Source of the DNA: a virus
Lineage: Duplodnaviria; Caudoviricetes
Length of the DNA: 56,796 bases
Reading direction: 5' to 3' (one strand)
IMG/VR virus record: IMGVR_UViG_3300012940_000029
Coordinates: 1-56,796 of that record
Below are positions 1 through 9,959 of the stretch, piece by piece; position 1 is the first letter of the stretch; every line of letters starts with the position of its first letter. The notes beneath the pieces are model-generated. The model did not search any database, had not been told where the DNA came from, and saw only the letters and a program-made list of their open reading frames with translations. Both the position numbers and the translations under genes were made by a program.

Positions 1-25
1 GAAGGGCTTCGAGGTCCTGGACGAG

Positions 26-2401
26 GTGCCGATGAGCCAGCACCAGGAGCACGAGTGGTCGCAGAACCCGTTCAACGACGAGGCCAGTGACGACTGGGAC
101 GAGGACGACCACCACTTCGCCTCGCTGCGCTCCCTGGCCGACTGGGAGCAGGGTGAGCTGTTCTCCACCAGGCCCTCCGCCCCGCCCCGCTCGCCCAAGG
201 CCGATTGGTACCAGCGGATGATCGACAAGTACTCCGAACCCGAGACCGACCCCGACGACGAGGTCAAGGACTGCGACGAGTGCGGCGAGGAGCACTCGGT
301 CAACGAGGGCCACCGGGAGTGCCGGGCCTGCGGTGAACGACACCAGGACTATGAGACGACCGAGGATCACGAGACCGGTTACACCGACTGGGACGAGCAC
401 TACGACAATGTCGGTGATGAGATCCACCGGGGTATGCCGATCAGCCTGCCGCACTGGGACCGCCTTCAGATACACGGCACGAACAACCGGGGCTCGTCCC
501 TTTCCCGTGAGGAGCAGGCCAAGCTCCTGATGAGCCACATCACCAGGCGCAACCTCGGCATGCACTGGACCGATCACCGCCCGGCCGCCGAAGAGTTCAC
601 CACCCGTACGGCTGGTCACGGCGACACTCAGGTGATCATCCACGCCCGCAAGCCGGACCGCGAGCACATCGAGACCGACTGGCGCAATCTCAAGCGCGGT
701 CAGGTGTTCGGCTACGACGATCACGAAGAGGCCGAGATTCCTCTCCAGGAGGGCGCTCCAGTGCACATCACGGGGATCTCCTGGCGGCCCAAGACTTACG
801 GCAGCGGGCACGGGACTTACCCGATCAACGACTGGATTCGACACGACTTCCCCGAGCCGCACCAGCACACCGCGAAGAAGGAGACGGCGATAGCCGAGCT
901 GCCGACCCTGCGCATGCTGGCGCACGACGCCACCGAGAACGAGGCGCTGCGGCACTGCTTCACCGGCGACACCCGCTACCTGACGGTCGAGGGGACCAAG
1001 ACCCTCGCTGAGACCGTGGGGACCGTCCAGCGGGTTCTCACCGGGACTCGTTCGGCCGTCCATTCGGGGCGGTGGGTGGAGGCGATGATCCACGAGTTCG
1101 GCGAGCAGCCGGTCCTGCGGGTCACGCTCAAGCGCAACAAGCAGACCAAGGTCATCCGGGCTACTCCCGAGCACCGCTGGCTGGTGCGGCGGCCGGACCG
1201 GATCGTGCTGACCCAGCACCTGCGGCCCGGCCACAGGCTGGCGCACCTGCGCGCCCCGCTCTTCGAGGGCGACCCGGACCGGGAGGGCATCCGGATGGGG
1301 GCCGTCTTCGGGGACGGCTACATCGCCCGGCAGGCGGGGCGCACCTACGGCGGCATCACGCTGTGGGGAGCCAAGCGGGATCTGGCGAAGTACTTCGATG
1401 ACGTCGCCGCCTCCGAGCCGCGCACGTACGTCACCGAGAGTGGCGTGCAGGGCCTGCGCTACCAGTCGGGCATGGCGGGCTACACCAAGCAGCTCCCGGA
1501 GCTGACCGAGTCGCTGAGCTACCTGCGCGGCTGGCTCATGGGGTACTTCGCTATGGACGGCCACGTCTCGGCACGGGGCCAGGTGACGCTCTCCAGCGCC
1601 TCCCTGGAGACGCTGCTGCACGTGCGAGACGTGGCGAACCTGCTGGGCATCGGGACCTACGCGCCGACCAGCAAGCTGCGCCGTGGATACGGTGCCGAGC
1701 CGACCCTGATCCACGAGATGGGGTTGTCGGCAGCCGATCTGTCGCCCTCGTTCTTCCTGCGCGACGACCAGCGCGCGGCCTGGAGGCTTCCGGCGCAGGA
1801 GCGCTTCGGCTGGACGGTGGTCTCGGTGGAGGACCACGGCGAGGTCGAGACGGTCTACTGCCCGCGCGTGCCGGAGACCGAGTCCTTCGTGCTGGAGGAC
1901 AACATCCACACGATGAACTGCCCGTTCTGCGGGGCGGGCAAGATCATCGGACGGGCGGACGGTTCGGTCGAGTGCGAGTTCTGCCACCACTACTTCACCG
2001 TCCAGGTGCAGCCGCAGTACCCCAACTTCCCGCAGACCATCAACGGCATGCCGCAGCAGATCCCCGGCATGCCCGGCCAGGTGGAGACCCCCATGGGGGA
2101 CCCCGCGATGGGCGCTGGCGGCTTCCCGCCCGCCCCGATGGACCCGGCCGCCGGGGCCGCCCCGCCGTGGGCCGACGACGGCGGAGAGGGCTTCCCCGAC
2201 GACGACGCCGAGGGCAAGCAGGCCGAGGAGGACGAGGAGGAGCCGCCCCCGTTCGCCAAGCAGTCCTCGTTGCCTCTCTTCCGCACCACCGCCGGGGCCC
2301 GGCTCACCGAGGACGATTACGTCCGGCATCTGGCCATTCGCTTCGCACCCGACCGTGATGCGATGATCGCCCGCATCCGAGAGGAGCGTGGGACCAGGTG
2401 A
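26..2401 (+). CDS. Multi-domain pre-portal protein: acidic/His-rich CxxC region, ADP-ribosyltransferase-like module, Zn-ribbon split by an intein, Pro/Gly-rich tail
   Basis: Long GC3-rich ORF overlapping the portal start (GTGA); IHRG..HWT..EAEI ART-like pattern; CPFCG..CEFC ribbon. The start may lie upstream of the window. Confidence 0.75.
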   Translation: MPMSQHQEHEWSQNPFNDEASDDWDEDDHHFASLRSLADWEQGELFSTRPSAPPRSPKADWYQRMIDKYSEPETDPDDEVKDCDECGEEHSVNEGHRECRACGERHQDYETTEDHETGYTDWDEHYDNVGDEIHRGMPISLPHWDRLQIHGTNNRGSSLSREEQAKLLMSHITRRNLGMHWTDHRPAAEEFTTRTAGHGDTQVIIHARKPDREHIETDWRNLKRGQVFGYDDHEEAEIPLQEGAPVHITGISWRPKTYGSGHGTYPINDWIRHDFPEPHQHTAKKETAIAELPTLRMLAHDATENEALRHCFTGDTRYLTVEGTKTLAETVGTVQRVLTGTRSAVHSGRWVEAMIHEFGEQPVLRVTLKRNKQTKVIRATPEHRWLVRRPDRIVLTQHLRPGHRLAHLRAPLFEGDPDREGIRMGAVFGDGYIARQAGRTYGGITLWGAKRDLAKYFDDVAASEPRTYVTESGVQGLRYQSGMAGYTKQLPELTESLSYLRGWLMGYFAMDGHVSARGQVTLSSASLETLLHVRDVANLLGIGTYAPTSKLRRGYGAEPTLIHEMGLSAADLSPSFFLRDDQRAAWRLPAQERFGWTVVSVEDHGEVETVYCPRVPETESFVLEDNIHTMNCPFCGAGKIIGRADGSVECEFCHHYFTVQVQPQYPNFPQTINGMPQQIPGMPGQVETPMGDPAMGAGGFPPAPMDPAAGAAPPWADDGGEGFPDDDAEGKQAEEDEEEPPPFAKQSSLPLFRTTAGARLTEDDYVRHLAIRFAPDRDAMIARIREERGTR
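956..1918 (+). mobile_element. Intein (321 aa) with LAGLIDADG homing endonuclease
   Basis: Begins CFTGDT, block B ATPEHRWLV, LAGLIDADG-like MGAVFGDGY and LMGYFAMDG, ends YCPRVPETESFVLEDNIHTMN followed by Cys. Confidence 0.93.
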
Positions 2402-4614
2402 GCGACGACAAGAAGAGCATGCTGGAGCGGCTGGACATGTTCCGCCGCTTCGGCAGCACCGGGAAGATCGACGAGAGCCTGACCGGCGAGGAGAAGACCC
2501 GGGCCGAGATGGCGCGCAACCGCGCCATCAACCGCAGGCAGGGGGCGCTGTCGTCGGGCGGCAACGCCGCTGGGCGGTCCGGAGCCGACATCAGCTTCGC
2601 CACCGGGCGGCCCAGGGATCCGCTGTTCTACTGGCGGCAGAACAACCTTCCCTACGACTTCGCCGACCCCGACGAGCTGCGCAAGATCAGACTCTATTCG
2701 CGGCTGCTGTATCTTACGCACCCGATGGTCGCGTCCTGTGTGGACATCTACTCCAAGTTCCCATTGCTGGGAATGGAGCTGCGGTGCAAGGACGACAAGC
2801 TCACGGAATTCTATTCCGACCTGTTCCTGGGCGAGGAGAACCTCAACTACGAGGAGTTCGTCCTGGACCTCGGCCGGGAGTACTGGACGGTCGGCGAGGC
2901 GTGGCCGTTCGCCACCTTCAACGAGAAGCTCGGCATCTGGGACTCTGAAGAACTGCTGAACGCTGACGACGTGGAAGTGCAGCGCAGTCCCTTCATGAAG
3001 GACCCGCGCTACTTCATCCGGCTGCCCGAGACCATTCGCCGGGTGCTGAACGAGCGTCAGCCCGCCTGGGAGTACACCAGGCTGATCGAGTCCTACCCCG
3101 AGCTGGTGCACTACGGGGCCGACGACGCCCGGATGCCGGTCTCCAACGTGCTGCTCCAGCAGCTCCGCTTCAAGGGCGACACCTTCAACGTGCGCGGCGT
3201 GCCGATCCTGACCCGCGCCATGCGCGCGGTGATCCAGGAGGAGATGCTGAACTCGGCCGTCGATGCCATCGCCGACCGGCTGTACACGCCGCTGATCCTG
3301 GCCCGGCTCGGAGCCAGTGCCACCGACCTGGGCACCGAGCAGCCCTGGATTCCCAGCCAGGATCAGCTCGCCGACTTCGAGGAGGCGCTGGACGCGGCGC
3401 TGGCCGCCGACTTCCGCGCACTGATCTACCACTTCGCGGTGCAGATCGAGCCGGTCTTCGGCCGCGAGCAGATGCCCGACCTGACCGGGGACTTCGAGCG
3501 GCTGGAGGACCGGATCCTCCAGACCTTCGGGCTGTCCAAGACGATGCTCACCGGCGCGGACGCGGGCGAGACCTACGCCGCCGACGCCCTCAACCGCGAC
3601 CTGATCGCCCAGCTCCTGACCACCTACCAGAAGATGATCGCCCGGCACTACCGCAAGCGGGCGCTGATCGTGGCCGAGGCCCAGGAGCACTACGACTACG
3701 AGGAGCGCAACGGCAAGCGCTACGTCATCACCGAGGAGATCCTCGAAGTCGACGAGGAGACCGGCGAGGAGTACATCGTCGAGCAGCCCAAGCTGCTGGT
3801 CCCCGAGATCAAGTTCCGCACCATGAACCTGCGCGACGAGGAGACCGAGCGGCAGTTCCTGGAGGGGCTGGCCGAGTCGGGGGTGCCGGTGTCGATCAAG
3901 ACGCGGCTCATCAACATCCCGATCGACTTCAACGAGGAGATCAAGCGCCGCCAGGACGAGCAGGTCGAGCTGGCCGTCGCCGAGCAGGAGACCCGCAAGC
4001 GGCAGTACCAGGCACTGCGCGACAACAACCTGCCGATCCCGCAGGACCTGCGCGCCGACTTCGAGCCCCGGCCGCAGCAGCTCCCGGCCCCCGACTCGAT
4101 GATGATGCGCACGCCGACGATGGGCATGGACCCCACCGGGATCTACCCCAACATCGCCCCCACCCCCGAGGACGCGACCATGGTGCCGCCCGGGCAGCCG
4201 GTGCCCTCCTTCCCCGAGCCGCAGATCCCCGGCACGCCGGTCATCCCGGCCCCCGAGCCGCAGGACAAGGACCCCGGCAAGAACCGCCCCGACGAATCTG
4301 ATGAGCAGCGTGCCGACATGCCCAAGTCCTCCTCCCTGGACCAGGCGGAGCTGTGGCGGCGGGCGCGGCGGATGCGCACCGTCGCCGCCGAGCACGCCCC
4401 GCGCCCCGATCACAAGGCCATCGCCGCCAAGGCCGCCGAGATCAACCGGATCGAGGACGAGGAGCGCCGCACGGCGGAGCTGCAAAAGCTCCTGGCGCAG
4501 GCCAACCCGAAGGGCGGCGACTTCGGTACGCCCACCCACATCGGCATGCGGCGGCACGTCCCGCTCGACCAGATCGAAGGGATGGAGTACGAGGCCGATG
4601 ATGAGCGCGGGTAG
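2398..4614 (+). CDS. Portal protein
   Basis: 738 aa; YLTHPMVASCVDIYSKFP, VGEAWP and RGVPILTRA resemble Bxz1-like portals; position upstream of head genes. Confidence 0.8.
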   Translation: MSDDKKSMLERLDMFRRFGSTGKIDESLTGEEKTRAEMARNRAINRRQGALSSGGNAAGRSGADISFATGRPRDPLFYWRQNNLPYDFADPDELRKIRLYSRLLYLTHPMVASCVDIYSKFPLLGMELRCKDDKLTEFYSDLFLGEENLNYEEFVLDLGREYWTVGEAWPFATFNEKLGIWDSEELLNADDVEVQRSPFMKDPRYFIRLPETIRRVLNERQPAWEYTRLIESYPELVHYGADDARMPVSNVLLQQLRFKGDTFNVRGVPILTRAMRAVIQEEMLNSAVDAIADRLYTPLILARLGASATDLGTEQPWIPSQDQLADFEEALDAALAADFRALIYHFAVQIEPVFGREQMPDLTGDFERLEDRILQTFGLSKTMLTGADAGETYAADALNRDLIAQLLTTYQKMIARHYRKRALIVAEAQEHYDYEERNGKRYVITEEILEVDEETGEEYIVEQPKLLVPEIKFRTMNLRDEETERQFLEGLAESGVPVSIKTRLINIPIDFNEEIKRRQDEQVELAVAEQETRKRQYQALRDNNLPIPQDLRADFEPRPQQLPAPDSMMMRTPTMGMDPTGIYPNIAPTPEDATMVPPGQPVPSFPEPQIPGTPVIPAPEPQDKDPGKNRPDESDEQRADMPKSSSLDQAELWRRARRMRTVAAEHAPRPDHKAIAAKAAEINRIEDEERRTAELQKLLAQANPKGGDFGTPTHIGMRRHVPLDQIEGMEYEADDERG

Positions 4615-4619
4615 GACGC

Positions 4620-4655
4620 CTGTGAGAGTCTTCCCTGCTCCGTGAGAAGGGCTGA
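4620..4655 (+). promoter_or_regulatory. Putative late promoter CTGTG-N21-GAAGGGCTGA
   Basis: Instance of an 11-copy CTG(T/C)N-N20-22-GAA(G/T)GG motif upstream of structural genes. Confidence 0.6.
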
Positions 4656-4665
4656 GGAGGCTCAT

Positions 4666-7600
4666 ATGGGAATGCGCCGTAACGCTCGCAGGCACGACAC
4701 CGTCGCCGTCCGCAGGCAGGCTGTGGTGTCAGAGGACTACGCCGAGTACCGGCAGGGTGACCGGGTGATCACGATCGACGGCCCCGGCCGGGTCGTCGCG
4801 GTGCACGACGGCCCCTTCCCGGGCGCTGAGGAGTACGAGATCCGGCTGGAGGGCGGCCTGGGCGGCGGTACCTACGACGCCGGTCAGATCACCGCGTCGG
4901 CTCCGGTGGAGGCTTCGGTGGGCCAGAGCGAGGCTGCCGGGATCCACCTGGCCTCCGACGACTACCCGGAGCTGGGCACGCTGCTGCACGATCGCCCTGA
5001 TCCCGCCTCGCTCACCTACACCGCATCCCTGGAGTACCAGGACGGACCGGACGGCGGCCTAAGCCTCACCCCGGCCGCGCCCATCGTCGATGACGACGGC
5101 GAGGGTCAGGTCATGCGGGACATGGGGGAGTATCACTCCGACCCCCTCGGCATCGACACCCGGCTGGCGGCGCGAGCCTTCGACGACTACCACGACGATC
5201 ACCCCGACGACGGGGCGCATGAGGACGGCGAGTTCGACGAGGGCGACTTGTGCGGCGTGGGCCACGAGGGGCCCTGCCCGGATCCCGACGACCTGCCCCC
5301 GCCCTCCAACCGGCACACGGCCATGCCGTCGAAGTACCACCCCCGGCCGGAGGGCTTTCACACCGAGGTCCACAACGAGTTCCACCCCGATGACCGCTTT
5401 CACTCCTGGCACCACCGCAAACTGGTGGGGTACCTGGGCGGCCAGCCGGTCGGCAGCATCGACTTCCACCTCCACCCCCGGGGGGAGGCGCTGAAGGTCA
5501 ACATGCTGCACACCTTCGGCGGCCCGGAGGTCAGGGGCAGGGGCGTCGCTTCGGCGATGATGGACGACCTGTACGTCAAGCACCCCAGCGCCTGGATCAA
5601 CCACGGCTGGCGGACCAATGACGGGCTGCGCTGGTGGAAGTCCTACGAGGAGCCCGAGGGGCACGAGCACCGCAACGTGCACAACGTGCACCCCGAGAAG
5701 GGCTGGAACAACTACTTCACCCCCAGTGAAGTGGCCGCCGACATCGACAGGAACGAGGGCAACGACCCCGGCCACCACTCCAGGGAGCACCCGGTGGTGG
5801 ACGAGTGGCGGCACCAGCCGTGGGAGTACCACGGCGAGGAGTACGACCACGATCTCCAGGAGAACCGCAGCGAGGACTCCGAGGGCGAGGACAAGGAGTA
5901 CTGCGACCACTGCGACGACTACACGAACCACTCCACCTACGAGCACGAGGAGATGGACCACCAGGACGACGATGAGGAGCCCGACCACGACCCTGATCCC
6001 CGGGGGGTCCCGCTCCACCACGGCACCTCGCTGTACCTGACCCCCGACGATCACGCCTTCGTGCACAACCCCACGCTGCCGGAGAAGGACCGGGCACACC
6101 GGCTGCTGGACATCATGGGACGCGGCAACATGCCCCACGGGCCTTGGCACCGCTTTCCCAGCGAGGCCACGGAGCGGGCGTGGAGGGTGGCGGACAACTT
6201 GCCCCCGGGCGGCACCCGGCGGCCCGCTACGCACGTGATCTTCCACGCCAGGCCCTTCGAGCACGACGAGGTGCATGAGTCCACCTCCGATGGCGATGAG
6301 GTGCCCCAGTTCGACACCGACGGCCGGTCCGCGCACTTCCAGACGCTCGACAGCCCGGTCAATTTCCATCTGTACGGACTGTCGTGGGGCGCATCCGGCG
6401 GGCGCAGGAGCAACCACACCTTCGCTGAGCCCGAGCCGGTCGGCATGCCGTTGACGCACGATCCGACCCGGGGCGGCATGAGCCTGCGCGAGGACCGCGC
6501 CGACATCCGGCGCGAGCACGAGGAGCGCTACCGCACCCCCGACCGGGGACCGCTGAACCCGCCCGGGACCGGCGAGCAGATGAAGCTCTTCACCAGCACC
6601 GGCCGGTTCCCGCACCAGCGCCAGTCCTCGCTGCCCCAGATCCACGCGGCCGACGCTGGGGACGCCTGGAGCAAGCGGCTCCGGGAACTGCACGAGCAGG
6701 CGGGCGGCGACCGGGCCAAGTTCCGCGCGCTGGCGCGGCAGGAGAGCGAGAAGGCCCGTCAGCGGGCGGAGCGGCGCAAGGAGTTCGAGAGAGGCTTCGG
6801 CGAGGAGCTGAAGGCCCCCGGCGGCTACCACCCGGCCTGGGGCGGCGCGGCGGCCCCCGATCCCTACGGGCGGCTGATGAGCAGCGAGGAGGCCGTCTCC
6901 CAGGATGTGGAGGACGCCCGCCACGACGAGCTGCCGATCCACCGGCTGAACATGCTGGTCACCGCCGCCACCGACAACGATTTTCGTTTCCACGTCACCG
7001 CCGCCTGGAAGGACGTGCAGGCCAAGGCCAAGCGGATCCGCTCCCAGGGCGGCGTGTCGATCAAGTACTCGGACGGCATGACGGTGGTGGCCGACGTCAA
7101 GGGCGACCACAACGTCTACGAGACGGCCCTCCAGCGCGCCCCAGGACGCCGCCAGAGCGTCGCGATGTACGCCTGCGGGTGCAAGTGGGGTGCCTACCAC
7201 TGGGGGGCGGCAGACGACCTCTCGCGCTTCGCCGGGCGCATGTGCAGCCACGCGCTGGCGCTCCAGTACGAGGCCGCCTCCCGGGGCATGTTCGGCCGGG
7301 ATGTGAAGGCTGACGACACCCGGCCGCGCTGGGTGCCCTCCAAGGTGGTGGTCAAGTACGACATCGACGAGGGTCGGCACATCCGGCGCAGCGCCAGCGT
7401 GCCCGAGCAGCCGCCGCTGCTGGTGGCGCTCGCCTCGCTCGACGACGGCGACCCGGCCGCCCACGTCGTCACCGCCGCCGTCAACGACCTGTTCGGCGAC
7501 ACCTCCGGCTACACCGAGCCGTCCCTGATGGACCCGGCCGGGCCGACCGCCCCGTGGAACCCCGACGAGTCCCCGGCCAGCGCGGGCCCGCTGTCGGGCG

Positions 7601-8262
7601 GCGAGCCGCACAACTGGGGCTCGATCACCGGGCCGCAGATGCTGCCCCGGCTCGCCCAGGCGCTGACCGCCGAGGCGTTCTGGCAGGCGATCGTCCCGCT
7701 GGTGCGGACGGTCGCGCCCAAGGTGATCGAGAAGGCCGTCACCGGCCGCCCGCCCGGCTCGCCGCCAGAGACGGTGGTCCCCGACGGCACCGAGAACGGC
7801 GCGCAGGCGCTCCTGCACGACGAGCCGGAGGGCGCGCTGCCCGAGACCGACGGCGAGGAGCACACCGCCTCGCTGGGGGACGTGGACCTGGTCAACGAGC
7901 ACAGCCTGTGGTCAGTCAACCCCGACGCCCTCAGCCCGGAGGACCCCTCGATGCAGACCCAGGGCACGGCGGATCAGGACGCGGCCGACGTGGTGGCCGA
8001 GTTCCAGCGCAGCGCGGCGGCCAAGTCGCTGATGGACGGCGGCCCGAAGAACAAGTCCGGCTCCGACATCGCGCGGGCGGCGCAGGAGTATCTGGCCAAG
8101 ACGGCGGCCAGCAGCTTCTCCCGCGCCGAGCAGGACGCCCTGATCCACGAGTCGCCGGGCGTGCAGGCGTCCAACACCGACCGGCTGGACATCGCCGGGA
8201 CGCACTATGCGGAGCTGGAGGCTCGCGACGATGAGGAGGACGACGCGCTGTGGCTGATGTGA
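4666..8262 (+). CDS. Large modular head-associated protein (GNAT-like, degenerate ART-like, SWIM Zn-finger)
   Basis: ATG 4666 after GAGGAGG; VRGRGVASAMM GNAT motif A; CGCKWG..MCSHALA SWIM; module paralogous to the ART-like module of the first ORF. Confidence 0.75.
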   Translation: MGMRRNARRHDTVAVRRQAVVSEDYAEYRQGDRVITIDGPGRVVAVHDGPFPGAEEYEIRLEGGLGGGTYDAGQITASAPVEASVGQSEAAGIHLASDDYPELGTLLHDRPDPASLTYTASLEYQDGPDGGLSLTPAAPIVDDDGEGQVMRDMGEYHSDPLGIDTRLAARAFDDYHDDHPDDGAHEDGEFDEGDLCGVGHEGPCPDPDDLPPPSNRHTAMPSKYHPRPEGFHTEVHNEFHPDDRFHSWHHRKLVGYLGGQPVGSIDFHLHPRGEALKVNMLHTFGGPEVRGRGVASAMMDDLYVKHPSAWINHGWRTNDGLRWWKSYEEPEGHEHRNVHNVHPEKGWNNYFTPSEVAADIDRNEGNDPGHHSREHPVVDEWRHQPWEYHGEEYDHDLQENRSEDSEGEDKEYCDHCDDYTNHSTYEHEEMDHQDDDEEPDHDPDPRGVPLHHGTSLYLTPDDHAFVHNPTLPEKDRAHRLLDIMGRGNMPHGPWHRFPSEATERAWRVADNLPPGGTRRPATHVIFHARPFEHDEVHESTSDGDEVPQFDTDGRSAHFQTLDSPVNFHLYGLSWGASGGRRSNHTFAEPEPVGMPLTHDPTRGGMSLREDRADIRREHEERYRTPDRGPLNPPGTGEQMKLFTSTGRFPHQRQSSLPQIHAADAGDAWSKRLRELHEQAGGDRAKFRALARQESEKARQRAERRKEFERGFGEELKAPGGYHPAWGGAAAPDPYGRLMSSEEAVSQDVEDARHDELPIHRLNMLVTAATDNDFRFHVTAAWKDVQAKAKRIRSQGGVSIKYSDGMTVVADVKGDHNVYETALQRAPGRRQSVAMYACGCKWGAYHWGAADDLSRFAGRMCSHALALQYEAASRGMFGRDVKADDTRPRWVPSKVVVKYDIDEGRHIRRSASVPEQPPLLVALASLDDGDPAAHVVTAAVNDLFGDTSGYTEPSLMDPAGPTAPWNPDESPASAGPLSGGEPHNWGSITGPQMLPRLAQALTAEAFWQAIVPLVRTVAPKVIEKAVTGRPPGSPPETVVPDGTENGAQALLHDEPEGALPETDGEEHTASLGDVDLVNEHSLWSVNPDALSPEDPSMQTQGTADQDAADVVAEFQRSAAAKSLMDGGPKNKSGSDIARAAQEYLAKTAASSFSRAEQDALIHESPGVQASNTDRLDIAGTHYAELEARDDEEDDALWLM

Positions 8263-8699
8263 GCACCCCCGACGCGCCGGTGCCCGTGACGTTCCCGCCG
8301 GGCGCGACGGCCTTCATAGCGGACCGGGAGCTGCTGGCGCAGGCCAACCCCTTCGGGGACAGGGAGTGCGTCTCGGTGGACGTGGCCAAGGAGGTCGGCC
8401 TGCCCCAGCTCGCCGACGAGATCGAGGCGGAGACGGGTGTCCAGGTGCAGCTCACGCTCTCCCGCTCCCGGACGGGGGCCGCGCCGACGCCGACGTACCC
8501 CAGCCGGTTGCACGTGTGCCCGCCTGTGCAGGAGGACGTGCTGCGCCGGGTGATCGCCGCGCACGAGGCCGACCCCGACTACGGGCTCACCTCCGAGCAG
8601 CGCGAGCGGGCCGGGCTGCTGGAAAAGCTGCGCCAGGGTAAGGCGCTCAGCGGAGAGGAGATGAACCTCGCGCTGAGGTTCGCGTTGGGCGAGAGTTAG
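8259..8699 (+). CDS. Hypothetical protein
   Basis: GTG overlapping the upstream stop; GC3-rich. Confidence 0.7.
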   Translation: MSTPDAPVPVTFPPGATAFIADRELLAQANPFGDRECVSVDVAKEVGLPQLADEIEAETGVQVQLTLSRSRTGAAPTPTYPSRLHVCPPVQEDVLRRVIAAHEADPDYGLTSEQRERAGLLEKLRQGKALSGEEMNLALRFALGES

Positions 8700-8835
8700 T
8701 TATTTTCCTATTCAACCACCTCCCTGTTCATCTCTCGATGGCGACGCCGGAAGAGGCGAGGAACGGGGGCAAAATGACCGAAGAAGCGGGTGAGAAGCCG
8801 GATCGGGATGCACGGCGTCAAGGGAGGTCGGGGCG

Positions 8836-9270
8836 TTGATGTGGCACGTCGCAGCGGCCGAGGGTTCGACCGGTGTCCTGAACACCCCGACGCTGGCTTC
8901 TTTGCTGGGTGCGGCCATTCTGGCGTTGACCGCCGTGTTCTATTCGATGCTGCGGGGGAAGCTCCGCCCTGAGTCGGCACTGAAGGAGGTGCGCGAGGAC
9001 CGGGACGCCCGCGTCCGGGAGGCGCGTGAGGACCGGGACGCCCGGCTGGCCGAGGCCAGCAGACAGATCGAGAGCTTGCAGAAAGCGTACGACCTGGCCG
9101 AGGAGGCTCGCCGCTCCCAAGAGGCTCTGCTTCGCGAGACGACCTTGGAGATAGGGAGAACGGTGCAGAATGTCCTCGGTGCCCTTCAAGAGGCCCGCTT
9201 GCAGGCCCAGGGATGGGAGCGTCCTGCTTGGGGGCCGGGAAACCAGGGGGAGTACTCCCAGGATGGGTAA
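8836..9270 (+). CDS. Membrane protein (N-terminal TM plus coiled coil), holin-cassette-like
   Basis: TM LASLLGAAILALTAVFYSML; RBS GGGAGG; late-promoter motif at 8724-8759. Confidence 0.65.
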   Translation: MMWHVAAAEGSTGVLNTPTLASLLGAAILALTAVFYSMLRGKLRPESALKEVREDRDARVREAREDRDARLAEASRQIESLQKAYDLAEEARRSQEALLRETTLEIGRTVQNVLGALQEARLQAQGWERPAWGPGNQGEYSQDG

Positions 9271-9523
9271 GTGGTGGAGGCCGAGACGGGAGGAGCCGCA
9301 CGCGACTCCGCCTGCGCCTCCACCGCCCGCCGAGTCCGAAATTTCTCTACCGGACCCCGAAGAGGCCCGTGAGACTTTGGCGCAGTCGCGGGAGAATAAG
9401 CGGCGTACCGACGAGCTGGTGACGGAGATCCGCGAGGTGCTCGACTCCATACGGGCGGCCCGCGAGGACAACCATTTCTCTGATGCGCTGACCAGCCTGA
9501 TCTGGGGAGGGCGGGAAGAGTGA
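9263..9523 (+). CDS. Hypothetical protein (middle gene of membrane trio)
   Basis: ATG after GGAG, overlapping both neighbours. Confidence 0.6.
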   Translation: MGKWWRPRREEPHATPPAPPPPAESEISLPDPEEARETLAQSRENKRRTDELVTEIREVLDSIRAAREDNHFSDALTSLIWGGREE

Positions 9524-9876
9524 TGACCTTCGATGACTTGTACCCGCTGCTGTACAAGACGATCGTCTACCTGACCGTCCCGGCGGCGGTCGGCTTCCCG
9601 ATCTGGTACCACCTGCGGCTGCGCTGGCGCAGCAGCGAGATCGGCCGCCACGTCATGGGCTACTCGGTGGTGGTGGCGCTGCTCTACCTGGTCTCCATCC
9701 TGCGGTTCACCTGGCCCGGCATCCCGCTCCAGCGGGTCATCACGCTGGTGATGGCGCTGGCGATGATGGTGGTGGTGTGGTGGCGGGTGGTGGTGTTCGT
9801 GCACCTGTACCGGAAGGGGCGGCGGACGCGCAACGGGTCGCGCCCGCAGGCCGAGGATCCCCCCGCAGATTCCTGA
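9520..9876 (+). CDS. Putative holin (3 TM helices)
   Basis: Three hydrophobic segments and a basic C-terminus. Confidence 0.6.
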   Translation: MMTFDDLYPLLYKTIVYLTVPAAVGFPIWYHLRLRWRSSEIGRHVMGYSVVVALLYLVSILRFTWPGIPLQRVITLVMALAMMVVVWWRVVVFVHLYRKGRRTRNGSRPQAEDPPADS

Positions 9877-9901
9877 GATTTTTTAATCAAAGTCCTTCCT
9901 C

Positions 9902-9920
9902 TTCCCCACCTAGCTTGGTA
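9902..9920. promoter_or_regulatory. Operator copy TTCCCCACCTAGCTTGGTA overlapping -10 TAACCT
   Basis: Matches the recurring TWCCCCAGGWWCCTGGGGWA-like palindrome. Confidence 0.65.
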
Positions 9921-9959
9921 ACCTTGGGGTACCCAAGAGAGACCAGCCAGGAGGCAGAG

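Noticed and set aside
8985-9048. 33-nt tandem repeat
   Set aside because: In-frame coding repeat (REDRDAR) of a coiled coil; not a CRISPR or regulatory array
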